Of a DNA stretch of 64,000 nucleotides, positions 38,561-49,201 are shown piece by piece. The notes beneath the pieces were generated by a model. It searched no databases, was not told where the DNA came from, and was given only the letters and a program-made list of their open reading frames with translations. The first letter of the stretch is position 1, and each line of letters begins with the position of its first letter. This DNA comes from Deferribacterales bacterium. GTDB lineage: Bacteria; Chrysiogenota; Deferribacteres; Deferribacterales; Geovibrionaceae. Where the stretch lies: the NCBI GenBank assembly GCA_050253075.1, contig JBFWJS010000006.1:1-64000 (forward strand). Direction: 5' to 3'. A program made the translations under genes and the position numbers.

Positions 38561-39325
38561 ATGGACAGCAAAGAACATAAGCAGAACATCATAGAGCAAT
38601 TCTCAAAACAGGCGATACCTTTCACAAAGCTGGCGGGGCATTTCGATGCTATGCAGCTATTGGTGGATATGTCTAAGGCTGGGGCTGAGGATAATGTCCT
38701 CGATGTCGCCTGCGGGCCGGGGCTTGTCGCCTGTGAATTCGCAAGGTACTGCGCACATGTCACAGGTGTGGACATCACGCCAGAGATGATAAAGCAGGCA
38801 AAGATATCCCAGTCGGAAAAGCGTCTGGGGAATATGTCTTGGGACATAGGAGAGGCGTATCCCCTTCCCTATGAGGATGATACGTTTTCACTAGTCATCA
38901 CCAGATACAGCTTTCACCACTTTCATGATGTGAGGCAGGCTCTGGCGGAGATGATGCGTGTTTGCAAGCCAGGCGGGCGTGTACTTGTGGCGGATGTAGG
39001 GATCGCTACTGATAAATCCGAGGCGTATGACAAGCTCGAGATGATAAGAGACCATTCCCATGTGCACGCACTCACCACGGAAGAGTTCGAAGAACTTTTC
39101 ATGACGTCGGGGCTGCATAAATGCCGAAAGAGCGAATACGGCGTGGATATAGAGCTGGAGGCGCAGATCGCCGCATCATTCCCAAAGGAGGAAGACGTGC
39201 CGAAGCTGAGAGCTATGGTGACAAACGACATAGGCAAAGACAGGCTGGGGATAAACGCCCGCAGGTTTGGCGGGGATGTTATCTACACTGTGCCCGTTTC
39301 GGTTTATACGGGGTATAAGATTTAG
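38561..39325 (+). CDS. Class I SAM-dependent methyltransferase
   Basis: VLDVACGPG, GVDITPEM, LPY.D..F, SFHH, RVCKPGG. Confidence 0.88.
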   Translation: MDSKEHKQNIIEQFSKQAIPFTKLAGHFDAMQLLVDMSKAGAEDNVLDVACGPGLVACEFARYCAHVTGVDITPEMIKQAKISQSEKRLGNMSWDIGEAYPLPYEDDTFSLVITRYSFHHFHDVRQALAEMMRVCKPGGRVLVADVGIATDKSEAYDKLEMIRDHSHVHALTTEEFEELFMTSGLHKCRKSEYGVDIELEAQIAASFPKEEDVPKLRAMVTNDIGKDRLGINARRFGGDVIYTVPVSVYTGYKI

Positions 39326-39798
39326 TCAACTTCCTTACAGGTAAAGTCTTTTAGTATGACCTTTGTCATGTTTGTGATCTTATACCTTTCGGCATAGCCG
39401 TCTTTCAGAGATTTGATCATGGTATACTGCCCTTCAGGCATGAGAGCTTCCTGCGCTGTCATCTCCCTGAGGGGCTTTGCGAGGAAAACGCCGACATTGT
39501 AGCGCAGCTTCATAACGAGCTTTGCGTTCTTTTTCAGCGGGAAGTATATCTCAAGGTTTGTATTGCATGTAGTGCCCTTTTTATCACGGCTTTCATACAG
39601 ATTCAGATTATCCAGATAAAGCAGATATCCATCCTCTTCATTAGCGGCTTCACGTATACCCATAGCCGTATATTCGCCGAAAGGCACGTCCATCGCTTCG
39701 TCGAAGCTCTTGTCTGCTCCTGCCTGTTTAACGCTGTAAGTCACTATTATATATGCAAGTATAAAGACTATGACAGTCCCTGTGAGATATTTGATCAT
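39322..39798 (-). CDS. Hypothetical membrane-anchored protein
   Basis: N-terminal hydrophobic helix; AAGGA RBS; follows ntrX. Confidence 0.6.
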   Translation of the reverse strand: MIKYLTGTVIVFILAYIIVTYSVKQAGADKSFDEAMDVPFGEYTAMGIREAANEEDGYLLYLDNLNLYESRDKKGTTCNTNLEIYFPLKKNAKLVMKLRYNVGVFLAKPLREMTAQEALMPEGQYTMIKSLKDGYAERYKITNMTKVILKDFTCKEVD

Positions 39799-39817
39799 TT
39801 TGAATCCTTTTTAATTG

Positions 39818-41173
39818 TTATTCTTTTTCGAGTCCGTAGGCTTTTATCTTACGGTGGAGGTATGTACGCTCTATCTCGAGGATGCGGGCGGAACGGCTGA
39901 TATTCCAGTCGTTGTTCTGAAGAACGTTAAGTATATAATGTTTCTCGAAGTTTTCCTTTGCGTGTTTAAGCGGGTATTCGTATTCGACATCGTATGTCTG
40001 CTGCTGAATGCCTTTCCCCTGAATGAAATCAGGCGCATCTTCCACAGTCATCATGCTGTCTTCGGAAAGTACGACCATCCTCTCTATGAGGTTTTTGAGC
40101 TGACGCACGTTCCCGGGCCATTCAAACTGTACGAACATATACATAAGCTCCTCATCAACCTTTTTAAGCTCTAAGCCGTTGAAGGAGCAGGCTTCTTTTA
40201 TAAAATGGTTTACCAGAAGCGGGATGTCGTCGTGTCTGTCTCTCAGCGGAGGGACAACGAGCGGAACGACATTTATCCTGTAGTAAAGGTCCTCACGGAA
40301 ATTACTGTCGGATATCTCGTCTTCCAGATTCTTGTTTGTCGCCGTGATCAGTCGGAAATCTGATGTTATAGAAGTGTTTCCGCCGACTCTGGTGAAAGTG
40401 TTATTCTCTAATACTCTCAGAAGTTTCGCCTGTGCAGAGAGCTCCATGTCGCCTATTTCATCGAGGAAGACAGTGCCGTTGTCGCCCTCTTCAAATTTAC
40501 CCTTTTTCATCATGTGGGCGCCTGTGAAAGAGCCCTTTTCGTGTCCGAACATCTCGCTTTCAAGCAGTTCGGAAGGGATAGCGGCGCAGTTTATCTCTAC
40601 GAACGGGTTGCGGGAACGCTTTGAAAGCATGTGTATGAGCCTCGCAACATGCTCTTTACCCGTACCGTTTTCACCTGTGATCATAACCCATGCGTTTGTT
40701 GGCGCTATCTTTTCTATCTTTCTGCGGAGGTCAAGGAGGGGCTGGCTCGTGCCTATCAGGTCATACTTTTTGAGCTGGTCGCCTCTTGATTCACGAAGGT
40801 CACGTATTAGTTGAAATTTATCTTTTAAATGCTTGACAATAAGAAGTATTCTCTCAAGAGAAAGCGGCTTCTCAAGGAAATCGTAAGCTCCGAGCCTGAT
40901 GGCCTCCACGGCATTTTCGATATTACCGTGACCGCTGATCATGACAACCTCAAGCTCAGGGAAATACTTCTTTATCTCCTTCAGCCCGTCTATGCCGTCC
41001 TTATCAGGGAGCCAGATATCGAGAAAAAGGATGTCGAAAGACCCCTTTTTGAGCATTTTGAATCCGTCGGTGAAGTTCAGCGCGTATTCCGCTGTGTATC
41101 CTTCGTCCTCCAGAATGCCCTGAATGGTGGTACATATGCTTTTTTCGTCGTCTATGATAAGTATATTTGCCAT
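39818..41173 (-). CDS. ntrX: Sigma54-type response regulator, NtrX-like
   Basis: Receiver LDIWL, GENGTGKE, ESEMFGHEKGSFTGA, WPGNVRQL, Fis HTH. Confidence 0.85.
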   Translation of the reverse strand: MANILIIDDEKSICTTIQGILEDEGYTAEYALNFTDGFKMLKKGSFDILFLDIWLPDKDGIDGLKEIKKYFPELEVVMISGHGNIENAVEAIRLGAYDFLEKPLSLERILLIVKHLKDKFQLIRDLRESRGDQLKKYDLIGTSQPLLDLRRKIEKIAPTNAWVMITGENGTGKEHVARLIHMLSKRSRNPFVEINCAAIPSELLESEMFGHEKGSFTGAHMMKKGKFEEGDNGTVFLDEIGDMELSAQAKLLRVLENNTFTRVGGNTSITSDFRLITATNKNLEDEISDSNFREDLYYRINVVPLVVPPLRDRHDDIPLLVNHFIKEACSFNGLELKKVDEELMYMFVQFEWPGNVRQLKNLIERMVVLSEDSMMTVEDAPDFIQGKGIQQQTYDVEYEYPLKHAKENFEKHYILNVLQNNDWNISRSARILEIERTYLHRKIKAYGLEKE

Positions 41174-43351
41174 CTATGCTACCTTATGAAACTCCATGAT
41201 AAATCTAGTAAATTTGCCGTATTCACTCTCTACGGTAATAGTCCCGTTGTGCACTTCTATGATCTTCTTCACTATCGCAAGTCCGAGGCCTGTCCCGTCG
41301 GGCTTTTTGCTGAAGTAAGGGATGAAGATCCTGTGCAGGTCTTCTGTCGGGATACCTTTACCGGAGTCTTCGTATATTATCCTTAATCTGTCGAGATTTT
41401 CAACAGCAGATATCCTAATTTCACCGGTATTATCCTCCATCGCATCGATGGAATTGTTTACCAGATTTATGAAAACACGCTTAAGCTGTCCTCTGTCGCC
41501 GAACATCTCGATGTCCTGACAGTCTATGTGCACCTTCACATTCGGGTGTGATACTGTATAGAAGGACGCTACCTCGTCCAAAAAGGCGCAGAACGGGAAC
41601 AGGTTCTTCTTCAGCTCGGGCAGACGGGCAAACATGTTGAACTCGTTTACGAGGGTCTGCAGACCTTCCACCTCGTTTATGATGGTCTCCATGCTGTTCA
41701 TGATGAATTCCTGAGTCTCTTCCCCTGCCCCTGTCTTTTTACGGACACGCTCCGCAGTCAGCTTTATCGGCGTCAGCGGGTTTTTTATCTCGTGGGCTAT
41801 GCGTGTGGCTATCTCTTTCCAGATATTTACACGCTGGAAGTTTAAGAGGTCGGTGATATCATCAAGCACGATAACGAGGTTTTCCGCCTTGCCTTCGTGG
41901 TCGTAAATCTTTGTTATATTTGCGGTCATTGTACGTATTTCGCTATTCAGCATCATTTCTATCTGGAATTCGAGCTCCTTATCATGTGAAAGAACAAAGG
42001 ACGACGCAGGGACGAGAACCTTTGTGTTAAAGTCGTCTCTGGCGTTGTCGATGATCTCTTCTGCGTAGTCGTTAGACTTCAGAGGCACGAGCCTGCTTGT
42101 ATAGTAAAATATTGCTGACTTTACGTTTTTAAAGATAGAGTCGATGTACTGGTTATCTCTGGCTATCTGCATGAACATCTCTGAGAGCTTCTCGTTTTTA
42201 AGATTCAGCTCGTTGTTGTGCATTTTCAGACGTTTAACCATCGAGTTGAAAGCACGGGTCATGAATGCAAGCTCATCATCCCCCAAGACCTCCACCTCTG
42301 TGTCCAGATTACCCTTTGAAACCTCTACGGATGCCGCAGCCAGCAGCTCGATGGGCTTTGTGATACTCTTGGCATATACGAGACTGCCCCATATACCGGC
42401 GAAAACCACGAGGAGCGTCATCAGTACCAGAAGCACCTTATAAGAGTTTTTCACAGGCTCTGCGAAGAACTTTGTCTGGCGGTAGTTGTTATAAGAATCG
42501 AGGATCTTCGAAACCTTATCCGCCTCGTTCACCGGTACGAGCTTATATATGAAGAGCGCACCTATGACGATGTTGTTGCTCTTGTTTGAATATATCGGAT
42601 GCCCGACCCAGTATATCTGGTCATTGCCTACGAATTCATATCTGGCTATGGATTTCTTATCGATAATATCTTTTATGATAGAGTTATTTACAAATATATT
42701 AAAATAGAAGAAGGACTTCTCCTGAGATGTTATCCGTATGTTCTGATTGTTATATACGGCGATGCCGTCTATGCGGTTTTTATCTATATAGCTGGCGGTG
42801 AATTCTTCGAGTTTGTCGTACTTTGTTTTAAAAAGATATTCACCTGACGATATGAAGCCTGAAAGGATATCCGACTGCTCCACAATATCTTTTTCCAGCC
42901 TGTTCTGATACTTCTGCATAAGGTCGATGGAGCTTTTCAGAGCCTGCTCTATCTGTGCATCGAACCATTTGTCGATACTGTTGTTTATGATGGAGCTGGA
43001 AAAGATGAAGACTACCAGAACGGGGATAACGGCTATCAGGGTGGAGAATATGACCAGCTTACCCTGAAGTCGGGTTCCGAACAGGTTCTTCTTTCTATCT
43101 ATGAACAGTTTACCCAGATTTCTAAAAATGAGTATAAGCACAACCAAAAGCAGGATTATGTTTATATTCACAAGCAGAAATATGGAAACGTTGGAATACC
43201 ACGGGAATGTAGTATTGACAATCTTTGAGCCTGCAAAGAAGTTTACGAGGATGAGGAAAGAAACAAGGATGCTGTATATTGTCAGCTTCTTGATGTTTAT
43301 AGAGCTGTTTTCTTCCTTGTGGCTGTTCTTTTTAAATTTGAATTTGATCAT
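41174..43351 (-). CDS. ntrY: NtrY-like sensor histidine kinase
   Basis: Multiple TMs, SIDKWF, HAMP, W.EIA.RIAHEIKNPLTPI, GTGLGLAIV. Confidence 0.85.
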   Translation of the reverse strand: MIKFKFKKNSHKEENSSINIKKLTIYSILVSFLILVNFFAGSKIVNTTFPWYSNVSIFLLVNINIILLLVVLILIFRNLGKLFIDRKKNLFGTRLQGKLVIFSTLIAVIPVLVVFIFSSSIINNSIDKWFDAQIEQALKSSIDLMQKYQNRLEKDIVEQSDILSGFISSGEYLFKTKYDKLEEFTASYIDKNRIDGIAVYNNQNIRITSQEKSFFYFNIFVNNSIIKDIIDKKSIARYEFVGNDQIYWVGHPIYSNKSNNIVIGALFIYKLVPVNEADKVSKILDSYNNYRQTKFFAEPVKNSYKVLLVLMTLLVVFAGIWGSLVYAKSITKPIELLAAASVEVSKGNLDTEVEVLGDDELAFMTRAFNSMVKRLKMHNNELNLKNEKLSEMFMQIARDNQYIDSIFKNVKSAIFYYTSRLVPLKSNDYAEEIIDNARDDFNTKVLVPASSFVLSHDKELEFQIEMMLNSEIRTMTANITKIYDHEGKAENLVIVLDDITDLLNFQRVNIWKEIATRIAHEIKNPLTPIKLTAERVRKKTGAGEETQEFIMNSMETIINEVEGLQTLVNEFNMFARLPELKKNLFPFCAFLDEVASFYTVSHPNVKVHIDCQDIEMFGDRGQLKRVFINLVNNSIDAMEDNTGEIRISAVENLDRLRIIYEDSGKGIPTEDLHRIFIPYFSKKPDGTGLGLAIVKKIIEVHNGTITVESEYGKFTRFIMEFHKVA

Positions 43352-43356
43352 ACTTC

Positions 43357-44967
43357 TTAAACTTCCCGCTCAAAGATGTCCATTTCGTCCTTTTTTTCTG
43401 TTTTTATGTCTGACATATCTATTTTGACAGTTTCTTTCTTTTCAGGTTCTTCCGTTTTTTCTTCGACTAGTCCCGCAAACATATCATCATCATTTTTTTC
43501 TATTTTGACATCAGACATATCCAGCTTCTGGACTACCTTTTCCTCTTCGGCTTCGGTCTCCTCTATGTCTGCGAATATGTCTTTCTGCTCAGACTGAATT
43601 ATCTCCACATCAGACATGTCTATCTGTTCGACCTCTCTCACAGGCTCCCTTATCACCTTTGGTTCTTCGTCAAACATTGCATCCGTGACAGCCGTCGCAG
43701 GCGCGTCAAAAGCCGAAAAGATGTCTGCACCCTCTTCCGCTCCGCCGAAATCAGCGAATATGTCATTTCCCGATTCAGGCTTTGCATATTCATCAAAAAG
43801 GTCGAGACCGTCAGCATCAGGATAAACAGCCTCTGCATCGTCGAAAGCGCTCATCTCGTCTTCGGATATATTCTGAGGCTTATCGTCTATCAGGTGGGAT
43901 TCCAGCCCTTCCAATGCTGTTATCGTCAGAGGTTCGTCGGCTTGCTCGAATGTGTCGAGCCCGCTGATATCTGATGAAACATGCAGCTCGCCGTCTTTCT
44001 CATATTCGTCCAGTTCGAGCGGAGACACGTCCACATCTTCAGATACCACCGTATGGGTCTCTATCTCAAATGTTTCAGGTTCATAAGACGGTTTGACCGC
44101 TTCTTCGCCAGTTTCAATTATCGCCTCTGCCGTAGGTTCAGGCTCTGAGATTTCCTCAGTGGCTGAGTTAACCTGCTCTGACGGCAGGTTTTCTGGTGCT
44201 GCATCCCCCAGTTTCTCTACTAGCGAAGCAGTATCGGCAACAGACGCTATCCTCTGGAAAAGCTCGTCATTCTTGTTCTCGGTGAAATACCTCACCAGAG
44301 AGTCTTCTATGATGTTTATCCTGCCCTCGCCTCTGGATAGGAATTCGGGCACGACATCGATAAAATTACCGCATGAACAGCCAGACTCGGCACAGAGAAG
44401 TATGACATCGTCCTTCTCGTCCAGTGTGAACCTGTCCGAAGGGAGTATGTATCTCTTCGCCAGCTCACATGCCTTTTCAGCCTCGCCGAGTGCTATTATT
44501 TTATTCAAAAGGGATATGAGGAATTCGGGTCTTTTGAAATGCGCTCCCATCCCGAGATAAACATTTGAAGCATCTTTGAAATGTCCGCTCCTGCGCAGTA
44601 TATCGGCGGCCTTGAGCGAGCTTCGGTAAAAGCCCTTTTTATCCCCTGCCTCTTCGTATATATCTGCTATGTGGTGGTAATATTTTACCTTATCAGGGCG
44701 CATGGCCAGAAGCCGCTTTATGACGGCAACGGCCTTTGCATATTCCTTCTTTTTAAAGAAGTGATCCTTCAGCTTATAAAGATACTGTTCGCCCTTTTCG
44801 AAATTGCCGTTGATGAAGTAGATATTTGCTATCAGGTTCAGTGCCGAGTATCTGTCGGGATACATCGCCAGTATTTTTTCACAGAGGTCGAGTGCTTTTT
44901 CGTATTTACCGTCAAGATAATATTCGTGAGCGTCGTATATGGTCAGCTCTTTTGTCCCGAAAAACAT
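43357..44967 (-). CDS. TPR protein with long acidic C-terminal region
   Basis: TPR-like helices at the N-terminus; D/E-rich tail with three DMSD repeats. Confidence 0.7.
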   Translation of the reverse strand: MFFGTKELTIYDAHEYYLDGKYEKALDLCEKILAMYPDRYSALNLIANIYFINGNFEKGEQYLYKLKDHFFKKKEYAKAVAVIKRLLAMRPDKVKYYHHIADIYEEAGDKKGFYRSSLKAADILRRSGHFKDASNVYLGMGAHFKRPEFLISLLNKIIALGEAEKACELAKRYILPSDRFTLDEKDDVILLCAESGCSCGNFIDVVPEFLSRGEGRINIIEDSLVRYFTENKNDELFQRIASVADTASLVEKLGDAAPENLPSEQVNSATEEISEPEPTAEAIIETGEEAVKPSYEPETFEIETHTVVSEDVDVSPLELDEYEKDGELHVSSDISGLDTFEQADEPLTITALEGLESHLIDDKPQNISEDEMSAFDDAEAVYPDADGLDLFDEYAKPESGNDIFADFGGAEEGADIFSAFDAPATAVTDAMFDEEPKVIREPVREVEQIDMSDVEIIQSEQKDIFADIEETEAEEEKVVQKLDMSDVKIEKNDDDMFAGLVEEKTEEPEKKETVKIDMSDIKTEKKDEMDIFEREV

Positions 44968-45008
44968 TACACACCTGCTGCATTTGATAACTAATTATAC
45001 CAGACGTT

Positions 45009-45377
45009 TTAGTCCTGCTCCCAGTATTCTGCCGCCTGAATGTCTGTTTCCCAGACAACAACTCTGTCAGTCAGACCGCCAAAGGTTTCCTTTAGACCGT
45101 TATAGATATATCTGGCGATATTCTCGCTGGTCGGGTTGTTGGTTTTGAAGAATTCTACCTGATCGTTCAGATATTTATGATCAAGAGTATCTAGTATCTC
45201 TTTCATCCGCTTCTTCAGAATGGTGAAGTCGACGAGCATCTCTGTCTCGTCCAGCTTTTCACCTTTGAGGTATGCTTCCACCTTCCAGTTGTGCCCGTGG
45301 AGGTTTTCGCATTTCCCGTTATAGTTACGCAGGTTATGCGCTCCGCCGAACGACATAATGGCACGTACACGATACAT
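45009..45377 (-). CDS. queD: 6-carboxytetrahydropterin synthase
   Basis: AHNL, CENLHGHNW, LDHKYLN, NPTSENIA, WET. Confidence 0.92.
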   Translation of the reverse strand: MYRVRAIMSFGGAHNLRNYNGKCENLHGHNWKVEAYLKGEKLDETEMLVDFTILKKRMKEILDTLDHKYLNDQVEFFKTNNPTSENIARYIYNGLKETFGGLTDRVVVWETDIQAAEYWEQD

Positions 45378-46078
45378 TAAAGCATCTCCCTCATCTCTCT
45401 GGGCGAGAATTCACGGAATTCTCCCGGCTGAAGCTCGTTGAGGTTTACAGAGCCGATACGTACCCTTTTCAGTTTTTTCACACGTACGCCGAAGTGACGG
45501 AACATGTGTCTGATCTGTCTCTTCTTCCCTTCGTGCAGTACGACCTGATATCTGTCGAAAGAGTGTACTTCCACAAGGCACTCACGGTAGTGTATCCCTT
45601 CGAATGTAATTCCCTTGCGCAGCTCGTCCACCTCGCCCTTTTTAAGCTGGCGGTTGACTGTTACGATGTATTCCTTTTCGACCTTTTCCTCTGCGTTCTG
45701 CAGTCTGCGGATGAAGTCGCCGTCGTTGCTGAATATGATAAGACCTTCACTCTCATAGTCCAGTCTGCCTGAATATGCGGGTTTTTGCTCTCTGAGGAAC
45801 GGATAAATGTCCAGAGTCTGTTTCCCCTGTCCGTCGCCGTAAGCTGTGAGGACGTCTCTAGGCTTGTAAAATGCCCAATAGAAGAAGTTCTCCTCTCCGC
45901 TGACTACGTTTCCGTCAAGAGTGACTTTGTCTTTGGCAGATATCTTCATGCCGGGGCCGTCGGGTGCTTTGCCGTTCACCCTTACGCGTCCTTCTTCGAT
46001 AGCTCTGTCGGCATCCCTGCGGGAAAGCTGTGTACGTGTAGCTAAGTATTTATTGATTCTTGTAGTTGTAGTTGTCAT
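45377..46078 (-). CDS. rluB: rRNA pseudouridine synthase, RluB/RsuA family
   Basis: S4 domain (SRRDAD), [21 protein letters not shown]; follows scpAB. Confidence 0.8.
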   Translation of the reverse strand: MTTTTTRINKYLATRTQLSRRDADRAIEEGRVRVNGKAPDGPGMKISAKDKVTLDGNVVSGEENFFYWAFYKPRDVLTAYGDGQGKQTLDIYPFLREQKPAYSGRLDYESEGLIIFSNDGDFIRRLQNAEEKVEKEYIVTVNRQLKKGEVDELRKGITFEGIHYRECLVEVHSFDRYQVVLHEGKKRQIRHMFRHFGVRVKKLKRVRIGSVNLNELQPGEFREFSPREMREML

Positions 46079-46599
46079 TGTTTTGTTTTTAACTCCTGCC
46101 ATTCTCTGAATGTGGGCAGCTCTGATATGTCGTTTATCCCCATATATTCGAGGAAATACTTCGTAGTGCTGTAAAGGAGCGGTCTGCCCGGAACGTCCTT
46201 CCTGCCTGTTACTTTTACAAGGTTCTTTTCCAGCAGATAGCGGACTGTCCCTGAGGAGTTCACCCCGCGTATCTCGTCTATCTCAAGCCTTGTGATAGGC
46301 TGTTTATAGGCTATTATTGCAGATGTTTCGAGTGACGCACGGCTGAGCGCCTCGGTCTTTTCACCGAAGAAGGGCTCGAGCTCTCCGAGGAGGTCTTTGT
46401 CCGTCACCATCTGGAATCCGCCTGAAACCATACGGATGCGCATGCCCAGCTCCAGCTTGTTAAAGTCTTCGACATAGCTTATAAGCCTGTTTTCAAGGTT
46501 TATAGGGTCGAACACCTTTCTGAAGAACTTTTTATCCAGAGGTGAACCTGAAAGAAAGAGTGAGGTGTAAAATATCTTTTTCTCTCTATCCATCTGCAT
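46075..46599 (-). CDS. scpB: SMC-Scp complex subunit ScpB
   Basis: [32 protein letters not shown]. Confidence 0.93.
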   Translation of the reverse strand: MQMDREKKIFYTSLFLSGSPLDKKFFRKVFDPINLENRLISYVEDFNKLELGMRIRMVSGGFQMVTDKDLLGELEPFFGEKTEALSRASLETSAIIAYKQPITRLEIDEIRGVNSSGTVRYLLEKNLVKVTGRKDVPGRPLLYSTTKYFLEYMGINDISELPTFREWQELKTKQ

Positions 46600-47308
46600 C
46601 CTCCGCTGCGCATATTTCTATTACTATCTCTCCGAATGTCTCTGCCTGCATGGCCTGAATGAACTTCAGCCTCATGAGCTCCAGCACTGCGAGGAGAGAT
46701 ATAACAACTTCTCTTCTGCTGACACATGTTTTCACTATGTCTGTCCAAAAGAGCTTATGTTTTTCAAAGACTATTTCTTTAATCTTTATAATGATATCTG
46801 CGACGTCCACTATGTCTTTCTCGACCTTCATGGGCTTCACGTCGGCCTTTTCGAGAAGCGCGAAAAAGGCGTTTGCTATGCTGTACGGGTCTTCGGTCTG
46901 TATCTCTTCCTTCGGGAGGAAGATAGTGTTCGAACGCATGAGGAACTTGCCCGATTCAGTCTCCATAATGCGGAGATGCTCGGCGACATCCTTGTAAAAC
47001 GAATACTCAACAAGCCTCTGGGTGAGCATGAACTTCTCCTCTTCGGGGTCCATCTCTTCCTCGGCATAGATATCCTTCGGCAGGAGCATGCGGGATTTGA
47101 GATATATGAGGTATGACGCCATGTTTATAAACTCGGCAGCCACCTCAATATCCAGCTTCTCCATCTCGTTTACCGCTTCGACAAACTGCTCGGCGATGAA
47201 TGCGATAGGGATATCGTAAATGTTCAGTTCGTTTTTGTATATCAGGTGGATAAGCAGGTCGAGAGGTCCCTCGAAGTTATCCAGCCTGACATCAAGGAGT
47301 CTGCTCAT
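46586..47308 (-). CDS. scpA: Kleisin ScpA
   Basis: [33 protein letters not shown]. Confidence 0.93.
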   Translation of the reverse strand: MSRLLDVRLDNFEGPLDLLIHLIYKNELNIYDIPIAFIAEQFVEAVNEMEKLDIEVAAEFINMASYLIYLKSRMLLPKDIYAEEEMDPEEEKFMLTQRLVEYSFYKDVAEHLRIMETESGKFLMRSNTIFLPKEEIQTEDPYSIANAFFALLEKADVKPMKVEKDIVDVADIIIKIKEIVFEKHKLFWTDIVKTCVSRREVVISLLAVLELMRLKFIQAMQAETFGEIVIEICAAEDADG

Positions 47309-48285
47309 ATCTTGAGTGCTTTCCTCACTTTATCCATCATTATGGCTGATTGGGCGCAGGCTTTCTCCTGCATAGGTTTGAGGAATTCGTCGATGTCTGT
47401 TATCTCCGCCTCAAACTTGCTTCTGCGTTCCTGTATAGGCTCCAGAAGAGCAAACATGTGCTTCATCAGTATCTTTTTACAGTCCATACATCCCATCGTA
47501 GCCTTTGTACAGCCTTCGGTTATCTCTGCACGCTCTTCCTCTGTGCTGAATACCTTGTGGTAGTCAAACACGGGGCAGAGAGCAGGATCGCCCGGGTCTG
47601 TGAGACGCTGACGGTTTGTATCTGTTTTCATTCTTTTAAGTTTTGTTTCGACCTCTTTGAGATCCTCGGAGAGAGTGATGGCATTGCCGTAGCTTTTGCT
47701 CATCTTACGTCCGTCGAGACCTGGGAGTCTCGGCACTTCGGTGAGAAGCCCCTTCGGCTCTGTGAATGTCTCGCATTTATACAGATGGTGAAACCTGCGT
47801 GCTATCTCTCTGCATATCTCGAGGTGCGGGAGCTGATCCTCGCCCACAGGAACATACTTCGCATCATAAAGCAGTATGTCCGCTGTCATGATGACGGGAT
47901 AGCTGAGGAATCCGAGGTTAGACAGGTCTTTGTTTGTCTGCTCCTGTCTGATCTCTTTATATGTGGGGCATCGCTCCAGCCACGGCACAGGTGTTATCAT
48001 CGAGAGCAGAAGCATGAGCTCTGCATGGTCTCTGTTGTGCGACTGTACGAACATTGTGCATTTTTCAGGATCAAGACCGACACTTAGCCAGTCGAGAACA
48101 AGCTGTTTTCTGTTTTCTATGATATCTTCGGGATCTTCGTAGTTAGTTGTGAGGGCGTGCCAGTCAGCGACGAAGTAGTAACAGTCGTATTTGTCCTGAA
48201 GGTCGACCCAGTTCTTGAGTGCGCCGTAGTAGTGACCTATGTGGAGTCTCCCCGTGGGGCGCATTCCGCTTAAAACCTTATCCAT
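47305..48285 (-). CDS. trpS: Tryptophanyl-tRNA synthetase
   Basis: SGMRPTG.LHIGH, VPVGEDQ, KMSKS. Confidence 0.96.
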   Translation of the reverse strand: MDKVLSGMRPTGRLHIGHYYGALKNWVDLQDKYDCYYFVADWHALTTNYEDPEDIIENRKQLVLDWLSVGLDPEKCTMFVQSHNRDHAELMLLLSMITPVPWLERCPTYKEIRQEQTNKDLSNLGFLSYPVIMTADILLYDAKYVPVGEDQLPHLEICREIARRFHHLYKCETFTEPKGLLTEVPRLPGLDGRKMSKSYGNAITLSEDLKEVETKLKRMKTDTNRQRLTDPGDPALCPVFDYHKVFSTEEERAEITEGCTKATMGCMDCKKILMKHMFALLEPIQERRSKFEAEITDIDEFLKPMQEKACAQSAIMMDKVRKALKI

Positions 48286-48299
48286 AAATCCATTTACCT

Positions 48300-48941
48300 C
48301 TATAGTAGTATGTTTAATATAACGTTCATTATTGGTAGTATGATAGCATCAATCGTGCGTGTAAGAAAGAGCACAATAAGGATGATAAAGCCGTAGCGCT
48401 CTATCTTTGAGAAAGCCACAGCCTGATTATAAGGCAGGAGCGACTGCACGATACGTCCGCCGTCCAGAGGAGGTATCGGCATCAGATTAAAAATGAACAG
48501 AGCGACATTTATCCTCACTGAAAGGGAGAGCATACCGTAGACAGGCACAGCCACCTTCATAGCAAGTGAGCCCTGCTCCACCTGCATTCCGTCCATCATA
48601 TGCAGACCTACAGCCGATATCACGGCCAATATCAGGTTTGAAAAAGGACCTGCGAAAGAGACTATGGCGGGGCCGTACTTTCTGTTCTTATGCAGTTTGC
48701 CGAAGTTGACTGGGACAGGCTTTGCCCATCCGAACAGGCGTGTGACCACAAGGAAAAGTATGCCGATAGGGTCTATGTGAGAGAGCGGATTAAGCGTGAG
48801 CCGCCCTGCTCTCTTTGCTGTGTCGTCACCCAGCATATATGCGCTGAGTCCATGCGAGAATTCATGCACGGTTATAGCCAGCATGAATGGAACTATCGCA
48901 AGTGTTATAAATTTTACGTATTCTGCTATCTGTATATCCAT
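48300..48941 (-). CDS. Site-2 protease (M50) family protein
   Basis: HEFSH, GDDTAK, FGWAKPVP, FNLMPIPPLDG. Confidence 0.92.
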   Translation of the reverse strand: MDIQIAEYVKFITLAIVPFMLAITVHEFSHGLSAYMLGDDTAKRAGRLTLNPLSHIDPIGILFLVVTRLFGWAKPVPVNFGKLHKNRKYGPAIVSFAGPFSNLILAVISAVGLHMMDGMQVEQGSLAMKVAVPVYGMLSLSVRINVALFIFNLMPIPPLDGGRIVQSLLPYNQAVAFSKIERYGFIILIVLFLTRTIDAIILPIMNVILNILL

Positions 48942-49201
48942 CAATATTTTTTAACATCCTTACATAGCGAAGTCAAAGTATTTAAAACACTGGCTTTCGC
49001 ATAAATTTAAATCGTCTTTTGCCCTGTTTCAGACAGACAGATATCTGCATAAATCAGGATGCCTGTTTTGCTTTAATATATACAGAAAACAAGTTTATCC
49101 AATGTTATTTTTGTGTAAAAAATTCTCTCTATGTAAACTTTCCTCTTTACTTATAATGTAAGCTAACTATTTTTAATTATATTGATTCAGGAGATCTTAT
49201 T

